IMG/VR virus record: IMGVR_UViG_3300031999_000001
Span: 1-64,000 of that record
Reading direction: 5' to 3' (one strand)
Source of the DNA: a virus
Taxonomy: Duplodnaviria; Heunggongvirae; Uroviricota; Caudoviricetes
DNA length: 64,000 bases
In this document: piece by piece, positions 18,649 to 27,307 of the stretch
Position numbering within the stretch: the stretch's first letter is position 1
How the letters are laid out: every line of letters begins with the position of its first letter
Program-made: the position numbers and the translations under genes
The notes under the pieces: model-generated
Database searches by the model: none
The model's input: only the letters and a program-made list of their open reading frames with translations
Told to the model about the DNA's origin: nothing

Positions 18649-19197
18649 TTAATTTTTCTTAAACAAATCAACCTCATTTTCCTGTCCGGTTTTATAGGCA
18701 TCTTCGGTTTTAAGCGATTTGATAATCACGATTGCCAAATCTTCACGTTTGCCTATAACAAGTTTCTTCGGGAAAGTCATACGCATATTTTTATGTTGAC
18801 GATCAATATCAATAAGTTTTTGCTGTTCAATAAAAAAACCTTCACGTTGTCCTTCAATTGATGCCATAAGTTTTTCATACAATTCAATTTTAAATTCTGG
18901 ATTATGTTCAGTAACCCATTTCATAAATGTTTGTTGACCCTGACCATCATCAGAATAACGACCTTCCATAAGTAATGGATATACTTCTTTAAAAGCATCT
19001 TTGTATTGATCAGCAACCTGTGCTTGCTGTTGAAGTATTTTCCATACTTTGTCAAAATATGCTGCACATGATTCTTGCTGGGCACTACCTCTGTTGCGGA
19101 GTTTAATTTCAGAATTGCTTAGACCTATTGCCCAAAAAGCAAAACTTATGCCCAATATTAATACAAGTCCTAATGTAATTAATGTTCCTGTTTTCAT
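18649..19197 (-). CDS. membrane-anchored hypothetical protein (N-terminal TM)
   Basis: Hydrophobic N-terminus MKTGTLITLGLVLILGISFAFWAIGL. Confidence 0.4.
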   Translation of the reverse strand: MKTGTLITLGLVLILGISFAFWAIGLSNSEIKLRNRGSAQQESCAAYFDKVWKILQQQAQVADQYKDAFKEVYPLLMEGRYSDDGQGQQTFMKWVTEHNPEFKIELYEKLMASIEGQREGFFIEQQKLIDIDRQHKNMRMTFPKKLVIGKREDLAIVIIKSLKTEDAYKTGQENEVDLFKKN

Positions 19198-19247
19198 TTT
19201 TTAATTTTTAATTAATTTTAAAATTTCATTTGACAAATATAATCAAA

Positions 19248-19646
19248 TTATAATAAGTTAGCAATATATTTAATAGAAATTTCACATTTATCAATTTCCT
19301 TATTAATAAATTTTTCTAAAATTTTCTTTTTTTCACTGTCTTGTTCCTTTTTTAAAAGTTTAAGCAATGCTAAAAGATTTTCTAATGGTGTGAGTTCATT
19401 TCTAATGTCTGCACCAACAACACCAGCTTCAATCAGATCAAACTCTACGAGTTCCATTCGCTCCCAATCCAATTCGAAACCTTCGTAAAAATCTTCCTCA
19501 TTAAATATTTTTTTCATGAGTTCAAGAGTTGCACTCTCTGGTTGTACTTTTGGTAATTCCGATGTGCAAATCTGTGGTTCATCATCAAATTGTTCGATAT
19601 GAACAAATTCTTTTGTATCTTTATAACGTAGTGCTTTTATTTTCAT
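19248..19646 (-). CDS. hypothetical acidic protein
   Basis: ORF only. Confidence 0.35.
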   Translation of the reverse strand: MKIKALRYKDTKEFVHIEQFDDEPQICTSELPKVQPESATLELMKKIFNEEDFYEGFELDWERMELVEFDLIEAGVVGADIRNELTPLENLLALLKLLKKEQDSEKKKILEKFINKEIDKCEISIKYIANLL

Positions 19647-20149
19647 GATGCATATATATAATCATTACTTGATTTTATTTTTGCTCCGCATTGTTTACAT
19701 TTAAAAACAGGATATTGATTTTGTATTGTTTTCCCATCTTTAACATCTCCTGAAAGAATCTGTATTAAACTACCATCATTCATTTCAATTTTTGGCGTTT
19801 CTTTATCAGTAGCAACATCATACCATATATGTGTTACATCACCACCACAATGCTTACAGGTATAAATATAATGTTCAAAACAATAAGGAATGCCAAGCAA
19901 GACTTTACCTTTAGGGTCTGTAAACCAGACGTTATCATAACCTTTGGTTTCTCTGGTAAATTCTTTATTACATTTCAGGCATCTGCAACGAGTATGTGTA
20001 TGATTTAAATCTTTACCAAAATAACCAACTAAAGTAGTCATAGTGCCAAAATTCTGCACTTCTTTTGATTTGCAATAAGGACAAAAGATTCCTTTTTTCC
20101 AGAGTTTTGGGTCTGGACGCTGTGTTACTAATTTTAAAAATTCGTTCAT
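19643..20149 (-). CDS. zinc-ribbon protein (four CxxC pairs)
   Basis: CPYC ... CLKC ... CKHC ... CKQC. Confidence 0.4.
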   Translation of the reverse strand: MNEFLKLVTQRPDPKLWKKGIFCPYCKSKEVQNFGTMTTLVGYFGKDLNHTHTRCRCLKCNKEFTRETKGYDNVWFTDPKGKVLLGIPYCFEHYIYTCKHCGGDVTHIWYDVATDKETPKIEMNDGSLIQILSGDVKDGKTIQNQYPVFKCKQCGAKIKSSNDYIYAS

Positions 20150-20337
20150 TCTAATAATGTATTTTTATATTTATAAACATCAAAAATTGTATTTTTTAAG
20201 TTTTGCAAGGCTTCTTCTTTTGTTTCCCCTACCGTTATTACATCTGGAAACTCTTTAAAATAGATAGTATAACCACCAATTTTTTTATCTTCAACATAAA
20301 TGGGTGTAACGGGTAATTCAATTAAAATTGTATTCAT
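20146..20337 (-). CDS. hypothetical protein
   Basis: ORF only; start overlaps the preceding stop. Confidence 0.3.
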   Translation of the reverse strand: MNTILIELPVTPIYVEDKKIGGYTIYFKEFPDVITVGETKEEALQNLKNTIFDVYKYKNTLLE

Positions 20338-20624
20338 TTTATTTCTTCTTTTTTTACTCTAAAACTTTTACCTTCTTTTTGGGCATCAGTTTTTATTTTT
20401 ATTTTTAATAATTTTCCAATTCTTTCTGCAGCAAGTTTGGCATTCACACAATGAGAAACGTCTTCTTTAATATATAATTGACCATCAAGTGTTGCCATAC
20501 CTTCCCATATATTTTGATATTTCTTAGGTATTCCCTCTATTTGTTTAAGTTGAATAATTAAAACCAAATCTTTTATTTTTTTATCAACAGTATATGTTAA
20601 TTTGTATGTTCCCTTAAGTTCCAT
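20334..20624 (-). CDS. hypothetical protein
   Basis: ORF only. Confidence 0.3.
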   Translation of the reverse strand: MELKGTYKLTYTVDKKIKDLVLIIQLKQIEGIPKKYQNIWEGMATLDGQLYIKEDVSHCVNAKLAAERIGKLLKIKIKTDAQKEGKSFRVKKEEIK

Positions 20625-20854
20625 TCTTCATTATTATTTTCGTTTAATCTTAATGCTCTAAAAAATCCGTTTGCCCAATGAATTCTTGCACGTAAATCAG
20701 TATGATTAAATTTACTAAGTATTTTACCATTTTCATCAGTAATTATCGATAAATAACCTTTAATGTTTTCTTTTTCATCTTCAAAATCCGATGTTTCAAT
20801 ATGAATTGTCATTGGAAAACCGTTTTCTTTAAAAAATGATACCATATTAATCAT
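20597..20854 (-). CDS. hypothetical protein (start trimmed to the internal ATG overlapping the SprT stop)
   Basis: The six-frame ORF extends to 20956, but the ATG at 20854 (or 20845) abuts the upstream stop. Confidence 0.3.
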   Translation of the reverse strand: MINMVSFFKENGFPMTIHIETSDFEDEKENIKGYLSIITDENGKILSKFNHTDLRARIHWANGFFRALRLNENNNEEWNLREHTN

Positions 20855-21299
20855 TATTAATTGTCCAAATAAATAAATATTTTGGATTATAAATACCACC
20901 ACAACATTTACCACATGAAATGTTTTTTCTTCTGTGCCTTTTAATAATTTTCCCACAAATAGGACATGTGCCTTTATATTTTGCTTTTATATTTGCTTCA
21001 CCACGATATAATCTCTGTCCATTACAACCAATTTCAATTGCTTGTTGTTTCCATATATGATTATGACCCTGTTTTCTACCAACAAGAGCATGCGCAATTT
21101 CATGAAGTATTGTGTCAATAACTTCTTTTTCATCAACCAAAGGTAAATAATTTTTTGATAATGAAATGATTTTCTTTGTGTGACTACAATTACCCAATCG
21201 TGTTTTGGCATTATCAAAAACAAATTTCCAACCTTTAATTAATAGATTGTGTTTGTCCATTAACTTGACAGCGATTGTCCTTACTGCTTCTTTTTCCAT
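20847..21299 (-). CDS. SprT-like zinc metalloprotease with C-terminal zinc ribbon
   Basis: HEIAH zincin motif followed by CPICGK ... CGKCCG. Confidence 0.6.
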   Translation of the reverse strand: MEKEAVRTIAVKLMDKHNLLIKGWKFVFDNAKTRLGNCSHTKKIISLSKNYLPLVDEKEVIDTILHEIAHALVGRKQGHNHIWKQQAIEIGCNGQRLYRGEANIKAKYKGTCPICGKIIKRHRRKNISCGKCCGGIYNPKYLFIWTINND

Positions 21300-21300
21300 A

Positions 21301-22935
21301 TTATAAATCTACTTTAAAACGTAATGCAACTGGAAAACGTGGTTTTTTGTTTTTTCTTGTATAACCTTGATACTGAACTGTTACTATTCTACCAATAACT
21401 AATGATTTGTCATCAGCATATAATTTAAGGTCATCCATTTTACCTTTGAGTTTACAATCAAATGTAATACCTGCTGGTAACTGTTGGTCTTCTTTGGTTC
21501 TTTCACAAATGAACACAGCTTTACCTGCCATGATACCTTTTGTACCTATCTTTATGTCAACAACACGAAATTCGTCATCATCAAATACTTTAACTTTTTG
21601 CAAATCGTATGAACGTTTGTTCACATACATTCCATCAAAGTTTCTGACAATTGCACCTTCATATCCCATTTCCATGAAGTCTTCATAGGCTTGCATCAGT
21701 TCCTCTTTACTGTTAACAATTCTTGATTCAACAATATGAATTGGAGAATTTTCAAATATTGAACGCCATCCTTCAAGTATTAAATACCTATCATAATTTG
21801 TAAGATTTGGAAGTGCTAAATCATAAACATGATATTGAATAACTTCATAACCATCTTGTGGTTCATCGGATGTTATTAAAGAAGTTAGTTTTTCGAATGT
21901 TATTTTTTCTTTTGGAAAATTAAGTACTGCATGATCACCAAATAATTCGAATGCTTTTTTATCATATGCTTTTGCAGCATCTTCAGCAGTATTAAAATAA
22001 CCAATATGAATTTTTTTATAATCATGAGTAATCTGAGCATGCCAATTTTCATCTCTTTTAAAAAACATAACACCTTTATATCCACTTGTATTGTTTATTC
22101 TTTTTTCAGAATTTGCACCATTATTTGATTCAGTAACTAATCTTAGATTACTTTTTCTTGCATCTAATTTATTTCTATTAATATGATCAACATCACTTTC
22201 TGGTAAATCTAAAACTAATTTATGTATATAATAAATTTTATGTTTATATGTTGTAATGGGATATCCATTTCCAGAGATTGTAATTTTATTACCTTGTAAT
22301 TTAGGTAAATCTTCTTCATCAAGAAAAACAATATTTCCATTAATATTAAATTCAAGAAATGGTATTTCTATTGATTTATTTTCTTGAATATTAATATCTG
22401 GATGCCATAATTCACCATCAAATCTATCAGCAAGTCCACAATTTTCTAAAGTATTGACAATATGAGGAATTGTTAAAATTTGTTTACGGGTTCTACTCCA
22501 CATAGTTACCTTTCCAATGTCATACTGACTGGTGCAACGGTGTCCATCCAATTTAGGTTGTGCTATTGCAGGAAATTTAATTTTATGCCCTTGTTCCCAA
22601 AATTTATGGGCAAGAATTGGAAATACACCACCTTCAATAATTGCATCGGTTGTACCTGCTTGTGCATCTTCAATACTCTGAACATAACCTTTTTTGAGTT
22701 GTTTATCCCATCTGGCTTTGGCTTGAAATATACCTTGTTCAATTGGAGTTGTTTCATTTGATCTACCAGTATTTTTACCTGATAAAACCTGTTCATGGCT
22801 GTATTGAATTTTACCCCCAACCTGACCAAATCTGTTGATTATGGTAGAGATGCCATTGATTTCATCAACACTGACTGTCCATTCTTGAATAGCACCAGTA
22901 CTGGTTTTCTTGTAAAGTTTTGGAAATTCTTTCAT
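21301..22935 (-). CDS. ATP-dependent DNA ligase carrying an in-frame HNH-AP2 endonuclease domain insertion
   Basis: Ligase motifs I KLDGHR, III FDGELW, IIIa YHVYDL, IV EGAIVR and V LQKVK, plus an OB-fold tail. About 180 aa (nt ~21858..22398) between motifs III and IIIa form an HNH (VDHINRNKLDARKSNLR) plus AP2 (SGYKGV...WHAQI...IGYFNTAEDAAKAYD) unit. Confidence 0.75.
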   Translation of the reverse strand: MKEFPKLYKKTSTGAIQEWTVSVDEINGISTIINRFGQVGGKIQYSHEQVLSGKNTGRSNETTPIEQGIFQAKARWDKQLKKGYVQSIEDAQAGTTDAIIEGGVFPILAHKFWEQGHKIKFPAIAQPKLDGHRCTSQYDIGKVTMWSRTRKQILTIPHIVNTLENCGLADRFDGELWHPDINIQENKSIEIPFLEFNINGNIVFLDEEDLPKLQGNKITISGNGYPITTYKHKIYYIHKLVLDLPESDVDHINRNKLDARKSNLRLVTESNNGANSEKRINNTSGYKGVMFFKRDENWHAQITHDYKKIHIGYFNTAEDAAKAYDKKAFELFGDHAVLNFPKEKITFEKLTSLITSDEPQDGYEVIQYHVYDLALPNLTNYDRYLILEGWRSIFENSPIHIVESRIVNSKEELMQAYEDFMEMGYEGAIVRNFDGMYVNKRSYDLQKVKVFDDDEFRVVDIKIGTKGIMAGKAVFICERTKEDQQLPAGITFDCKLKGKMDDLKLYADDKSLVIGRIVTVQYQGYTRKNKKPRFPVALRFKVDL

Positions 22936-22940
22936 GATTG

Positions 22941-22971
22941 TTTATACGAATTTTATTTAAAAATATTACAA
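22941..22971 (-). promoter_or_regulatory. conserved phage promoter-like motif, copy C (TTGTAA-N19-TATAAA)
   Basis: Invariant TTCGTATA; 6 nt upstream of the ligase ATG. Confidence 0.45.
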
Positions 22972-23769
22972 TTTTTCATGTCTTTGTTTCACCATTTCTT
23001 TTTGAATGTATTGCCAGAACCACTTATAAAACATATTTGGTAATATTCCATGATTTGCAAAACCATAGAGTCCACAACTGAAGAAATCATGTGCCTCAAT
23101 AATAATTGTAGCATAATCACATACAGCAACATCAAGTGTATATGCAACAGGTGCTGACTTGTATGTTTTAATCATGCTTTTAATTGTATCAACACTTGGG
23201 AATCTGGTGAAATCACCAGCATAATTCTGCAAACCAACAAATTTGTCTTGATATACAAATGCACGCCATTCACTTTCAATACAACTAATATAATCAGAAA
23301 TCTGATAGTTTCCAATTGGAATTTTAGTTGAATATTGTGTTCCATGATTACCAGTATCCTTACATTCAACAATTTCTGAAAAATATTTTATTCGGTCATT
23401 ACTTTTAACAAAATACTTACCACCACAATTTTCGAGAGATAAATGATTGCCATTAAATATGTGTCTTTGGGTAAAACAAGGGTCAAATAATTCTTCTGGA
23501 ACATTAATTGGCATCACATGAATACCATAAAAATGGTGTATAAACTCTGAAACGAATTCAACACTTCCCACTGGAATATATTTCTCATGTAATGATTTAA
23601 AAGGCATTGGATAAATATCAATTGGTTCGACAGTATCGTGGTATTCGACAAACTTTACTTTAATATTATTATCACGATGTAACCAATTTTGAAATTTAAT
23701 TGATTCAAGTAATGTAAATGAAAAATCATGTACAATTTTTCCCTTAATTTTTTGAATTAAAAATTTCAT
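22966..23769 (-). CDS. hypothetical protein (possible ATP-grasp-like C-terminal region)
   Basis: YTLDVAVCDYATIIIEAHDFFSCG loosely resembles the ATP-grasp E-x-N strand; weak. Confidence 0.3.
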   Translation of the reverse strand: MKFLIQKIKGKIVHDFSFTLLESIKFQNWLHRDNNIKVKFVEYHDTVEPIDIYPMPFKSLHEKYIPVGSVEFVSEFIHHFYGIHVMPINVPEELFDPCFTQRHIFNGNHLSLENCGGKYFVKSNDRIKYFSEIVECKDTGNHGTQYSTKIPIGNYQISDYISCIESEWRAFVYQDKFVGLQNYAGDFTRFPSVDTIKSMIKTYKSAPVAYTLDVAVCDYATIIIEAHDFFSCGLYGFANHGILPNMFYKWFWQYIQKEMVKQRHEKL

Positions 23770-23800
23770 AGTTCAAATATATATATTAATTTTTAATTAA

Positions 23801-24958
23801 TCAACAATTCTCCAATGTATATTGAAAACCCTTATCTGAATAACATGGAAATTTAAAATTTATACCACAATATGAACCAATTTCATTAAAATTCACTGTA
23901 ATTAATTTACCTTTTTTTGTTACTGGAATTGCTTCGGGGTTAACTTGGTCAAGACAAGTAATTACCATACTTCTTCGTGAAATAGGATTATGATATTTAT
24001 CACATTCAACAGCATATTTCAATAAATCCAAATCAAGTACAGTTTTTCTGAAAGTTCCCTGATAACATTCATTTATATTGGTTTCATTGGGATTTTCTTT
24101 AATGTATGATGTATCAAGTCTTTCATTGGTCATATATCCATTACCATGACGTGTTTGATATGCACGTGTTACATAATAAGTTTTTAAATTTTTCTTATCA
24201 ATAAAAATTCCATATTTATTTATAATTTCTATTGCATTTTTTGATGTGGTATTACTTCTTGTAACATGTGGAAAAAAACCATAATTAGCATCTAACATAA
24301 TGCCCTGACCGCCTTCAAAAATCCAATCATTATCCATGAAACCATATAAATCATTAACAATATTATATCTGGTAACAAGGTCATCACATGCAATAATAAA
24401 ATCATCATAGAGTTTTTTGATATAGGCATGTTGATGTTCATTTTCTGGATTAAAATTTAACCTATAATATATATTCATTATAAGTCTGAGTTTTTCATTA
24501 CGGATTGCGGGATAAAATAAATCCCTGACATAAAGATGATAATGATCTTCATTTCTTTGAATTGTTGTTCCAAATCCTACACCAACACTACCATGATTAT
24601 TTTTTTCTTCAAGTTTATGATTTTGCAATATATCAAATGGTGTTGTAATCATTGCATTGGCATTAAGATATAATATTGGATTTACATCCATTTCTCTTAA
24701 CACCTTACCTTCTTTTAATATTCCAACAGGACTTACCGTACAATATTCTGACCAATAAGTTGGTACATTTAAAAGTGTACCTGAACCAAAATTAGAAAAT
24801 ACATGTCTTTTATCATTGGTAATAACAGTATGTCCAGATTGATGACCTGAATTATGTCTTATAACTAATGGATTTTTTGCTTTTGAACACAAATAATTAA
24901 CAAAAGAACCCTTGCCTTCATCACCATATAAACATCCGAGAATTACATATATATTCAT
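23801..24958 (-). CDS. adenylosuccinate synthetase family protein (PurA/PurZ homologue)
   Basis: N-terminal VILGCLYGDEGKGS (PurA P-loop GDEGKGK). RHNSGHQSGHTV ~ GGHNAGHT. GFGTTIQRNEDHY ~ GTTGRGIGPAYEDK. EGGQGIMLDANYGFFPHVTRSNTT ~ [24 protein letters not shown]. At 385 aa it is shorter than bacterial PurA (~430 aa). Confidence 0.8.
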   Translation of the reverse strand: MNIYVILGCLYGDEGKGSFVNYLCSKAKNPLVIRHNSGHQSGHTVITNDKRHVFSNFGSGTLLNVPTYWSEYCTVSPVGILKEGKVLREMDVNPILYLNANAMITTPFDILQNHKLEEKNNHGSVGVGFGTTIQRNEDHYHLYVRDLFYPAIRNEKLRLIMNIYYRLNFNPENEHQHAYIKKLYDDFIIACDDLVTRYNIVNDLYGFMDNDWIFEGGQGIMLDANYGFFPHVTRSNTTSKNAIEIINKYGIFIDKKNLKTYYVTRAYQTRHGNGYMTNERLDTSYIKENPNETNINECYQGTFRKTVLDLDLLKYAVECDKYHNPISRRSMVITCLDQVNPEAIPVTKKGKLITVNFNEIGSYCGINFKFPCYSDKGFQYTLENC

Positions 24959-24972
24959 ATAATATTTTTTAA

Positions 24973-25146
24973 TTAAATTTCACCACGTTCTTCTTGATTA
25001 ATTGCTTCTAATTTTCTTTTTATGCCAACATTTTTGTTTTGTTGAGTATAACTACCACCAAGTTTTTTACAAACAATTCCCCTACCTCTTTTTTTTGAAG
25101 ATACGGTTGGCTTTGTTCTTTTTCTATTTTTTCTTGATTTTGTCAT
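24973..25146 (-). CDS. small basic protein (57 aa, Lys/Arg-rich)
   Basis: MTKSRKNRKRTKPTVSSKKRGRG... Lies directly behind promoter copy D and ahead of the PurA-like gene. Confidence 0.3.
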   Translation of the reverse strand: MTKSRKNRKRTKPTVSSKKRGRGIVCKKLGGSYTQQNKNVGIKRKLEAINQEERGEI

Positions 25147-25168
25147 TATAATTTTTTAACAATATATT

Positions 25169-25199
25169 TTTATACGAAAAATAAATAAAAATGTTACAA
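25169..25199 (-). promoter_or_regulatory. conserved phage promoter-like motif, copy D (TTGTAA-N19-TATAAA)
   Basis: Invariant TTTCGTATA; immediately follows the 25204..25227 terminator hairpin on the minus strand. Confidence 0.45.
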
Positions 25200-25203
25200 A
25201 AAA

Positions 25204-25234
25204 AGGGACATATATTTTCACATGTCCCCTTTTT
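25204..25234 (-). terminator. rho-independent terminator (GGGACAT-N10-ATGTCCC plus T-tract)
   Basis: 7-bp GC-containing stem with a T-run on one side and an A-run on the other, downstream of the vWA gene. Confidence 0.5.
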
Positions 25235-25260
25235 TCAATTATAACACAATTATATTTTAA

Positions 25261-26175
25261 TTAAAGATTAATAACACCCTCATCATTTTTTGATACTATG
25301 CTTCCGGTTATTACGGTTGCAAGTGCTGTTGTAACAATACCAGCAGTTTTTGCATCAAATTTACTTACAACAGATGCCATATCAACACCATATTGAACAG
25401 CAATAAGCGTAGCAATTGTTGCACAAATCGCATGATAATCATTTAGAACAATAAGTCTTTCGCCAAGAACAGTTTTCCAATAATTCAAAATATTCGGGTC
25501 ATCCCTGTAACTGGCTTCATTAATGTGTATATGATACACATTATAAAGTCTTTCAGCTTCTTCAAGAAGTTGTGAATCACTAACTTCTTCTGTCTGTGTA
25601 TAACCGAGTAAATGTTTCAGACTGTCTGCATCAACACAGTTCCAGCTTTTTTCGTCACCAATAGTGAAAAGGAAACCTTTGGTATTACGTTTTTCAAAAC
25701 AATCAATTGAGGTATGTCTTCCTGCAATAAGCCACGCAAGAAGATATGACTCCATATTCTGACCACCACCACCACCTTCAAGGTACATATTTTTCAGCCA
25801 TTTGTCAAGGTCTTCTGTACCTGATTCAAACTGACCTATTTGAAGTGGTGTACTATCGCAATGATGGTCACCAATTGCACCAAAAAGAATTTGAGGGTCT
25901 GAAACGCCATTATCAATAATGGTGTTCATGAGAGTACCGAGTTCATTTTTGATAATGGATTCGGGAATTTTACCCATACTTCCAGTCACATCAAGAAAAA
26001 CCATTACTGCTAATGATACAGGATGTGCATCACTGTCACGTGATTCTCTTACGGTAATATTTATTGGAAGCATTTCACTTACTGCTGATTTTGAAAAAAT
26101 CTCATCAGCATTTTTATCTACATAACTCGCACTTAGGTGAGCATATGCATCATTTGACCAAGTACTATAACCCAT
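25261..26175 (-). CDS. von Willebrand factor A (vWA) domain protein
   Basis: MIDAS-like DVTGSMG (DxSxS) after a beta strand VMVFLDVTG; Rossmann-like alternation downstream. Confidence 0.6.
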   Translation of the reverse strand: MGYSTWSNDAYAHLSASYVDKNADEIFSKSAVSEMLPINITVRESRDSDAHPVSLAVMVFLDVTGSMGKIPESIIKNELGTLMNTIIDNGVSDPQILFGAIGDHHCDSTPLQIGQFESGTEDLDKWLKNMYLEGGGGGQNMESYLLAWLIAGRHTSIDCFEKRNTKGFLFTIGDEKSWNCVDADSLKHLLGYTQTEEVSDSQLLEEAERLYNVYHIHINEASYRDDPNILNYWKTVLGERLIVLNDYHAICATIATLIAVQYGVDMASVVSKFDAKTAGIVTTALATVITGSIVSKNDEGVINL

Positions 26176-26353
26176 TGTTTTTGGTATTAGAAGTTTCAGT
26201 GTTATCAGCTACAACCTCTGCAGGTTTAGCATCTGTGTCATCACCTTCTTCTGTTGGTACAGTTTCGGGTATTGATTCAGGAATAGTCTCCTGTTCCTGT
26301 GTGCGAGCCATTTCTTCAAACGACTCAGAATTTTCATACTTACCAGTTCCCAT
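26165..26353 (-). CDS. small acidic protein
   Basis: Highly acidic, Glu/Thr/Pro-rich. Confidence 0.3.
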   Translation of the reverse strand: MGTGKYENSESFEEMARTQEQETIPESIPETVPTEEGDDTDAKPAEVVADNTETSNTKNNGL

Positions 26354-26392
26354 AATTAAAGTTTTTAATTGTTAGTATTAATTTAAAAAACA

Positions 26393-26423
26393 AACATACG
26401 AATAATTTTTCAATTTATTACAA
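26393..26423 (-). promoter_or_regulatory. conserved phage promoter-like motif, copy E (TTGTAA-N19-TATGTT, weaker)
   Basis: Same architecture and TTCGTAT core; upstream of 26353. Confidence 0.3.
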
Positions 26424-27302
26424 GTTTAATGAAAAAAATTTCTTTTTAAAATTTTTCTCCAGTATTTTTCTATATTTATCATATTCATTTTTATCATTTT
26501 CATGTTTTGTAAGAAGAAAATTTAAAACTTCTTGGTTTACATCTTTATCAGTTTTTAATTTTGTTCCTGCTGCTGATCTATCACCTAACAAATATAGTGC
26601 AATTTTTTTACAAAGCTCTAAATCAATATCAGGTGTTGCTATTTTTTTACTAAAAAGATTAGTAGGATACCACATTTTATACTTAGCTGATATTGTTTTT
26701 GCTTTCTTGTTTAAAATGTTCATATGATAAAAAGAAACCACTATAATTCCATGAGTCTCAGGTACAACAAATACTGTTGTGGGATTTAATCCCAAATGTG
26801 AATAATTAATTTGTCTCAACCATAATACAAATTCAAACATCCTACTGAACAACCAGTTAACATGATATTGAGGTAATTTTTGTCCTGTGAGTGGAACTGA
26901 GCGATCTTTTAAATTAATTGTGAGTTTGTCTTTTTCCAACATCATACTTTCTGGCAGGTATCTGTGAAAACTTTCTGACGCTTTGTCATGTTTTGTCATC
27001 AGAAGATTGTAATTATTTACTGATTTGGTAATTAATTTACGATTAACATCAGTGATTTCATATACAATTTTCTTTTCAAAAACCCGAAAAATGCCAGTTT
27101 CATCTGTATATTTAAGACCATTTTCAAGTATATCCTTATAATAATTCATTTTAGCCATTGCTTCAGCAGCCGAAGAATTTGAATTATAATCAGGATGAAT
27201 TAACTTACTATATGTATGATATAGTTTTTTCCAATCATCAGGAAAAATATCAGAAGGTTTTGTTGATTTCATAAGCATATCAATCAATTCTCTATCTGTC
27301 AT
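26418..27302 (-). CDS. J-domain (DnaJ-like) protein
   Basis: WKKLYHTYSKLIHPDYN with HPD at residues 36-38, followed by AEAMAKMNYYKDIL (helix III pattern). Confidence 0.45.
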   Translation of the reverse strand: MTDRELIDMLMKSTKPSDIFPDDWKKLYHTYSKLIHPDYNSNSSAAEAMAKMNYYKDILENGLKYTDETGIFRVFEKKIVYEITDVNRKLITKSVNNYNLLMTKHDKASESFHRYLPESMMLEKDKLTINLKDRSVPLTGQKLPQYHVNWLFSRMFEFVLWLRQINYSHLGLNPTTVFVVPETHGIIVVSFYHMNILNKKAKTISAKYKMWYPTNLFSKKIATPDIDLELCKKIALYLLGDRSAAGTKLKTDKDVNQEVLNFLLTKHENDKNEYDKYRKILEKNFKKKFFSLNL

Positions 27303-27307
27303 ATTAT

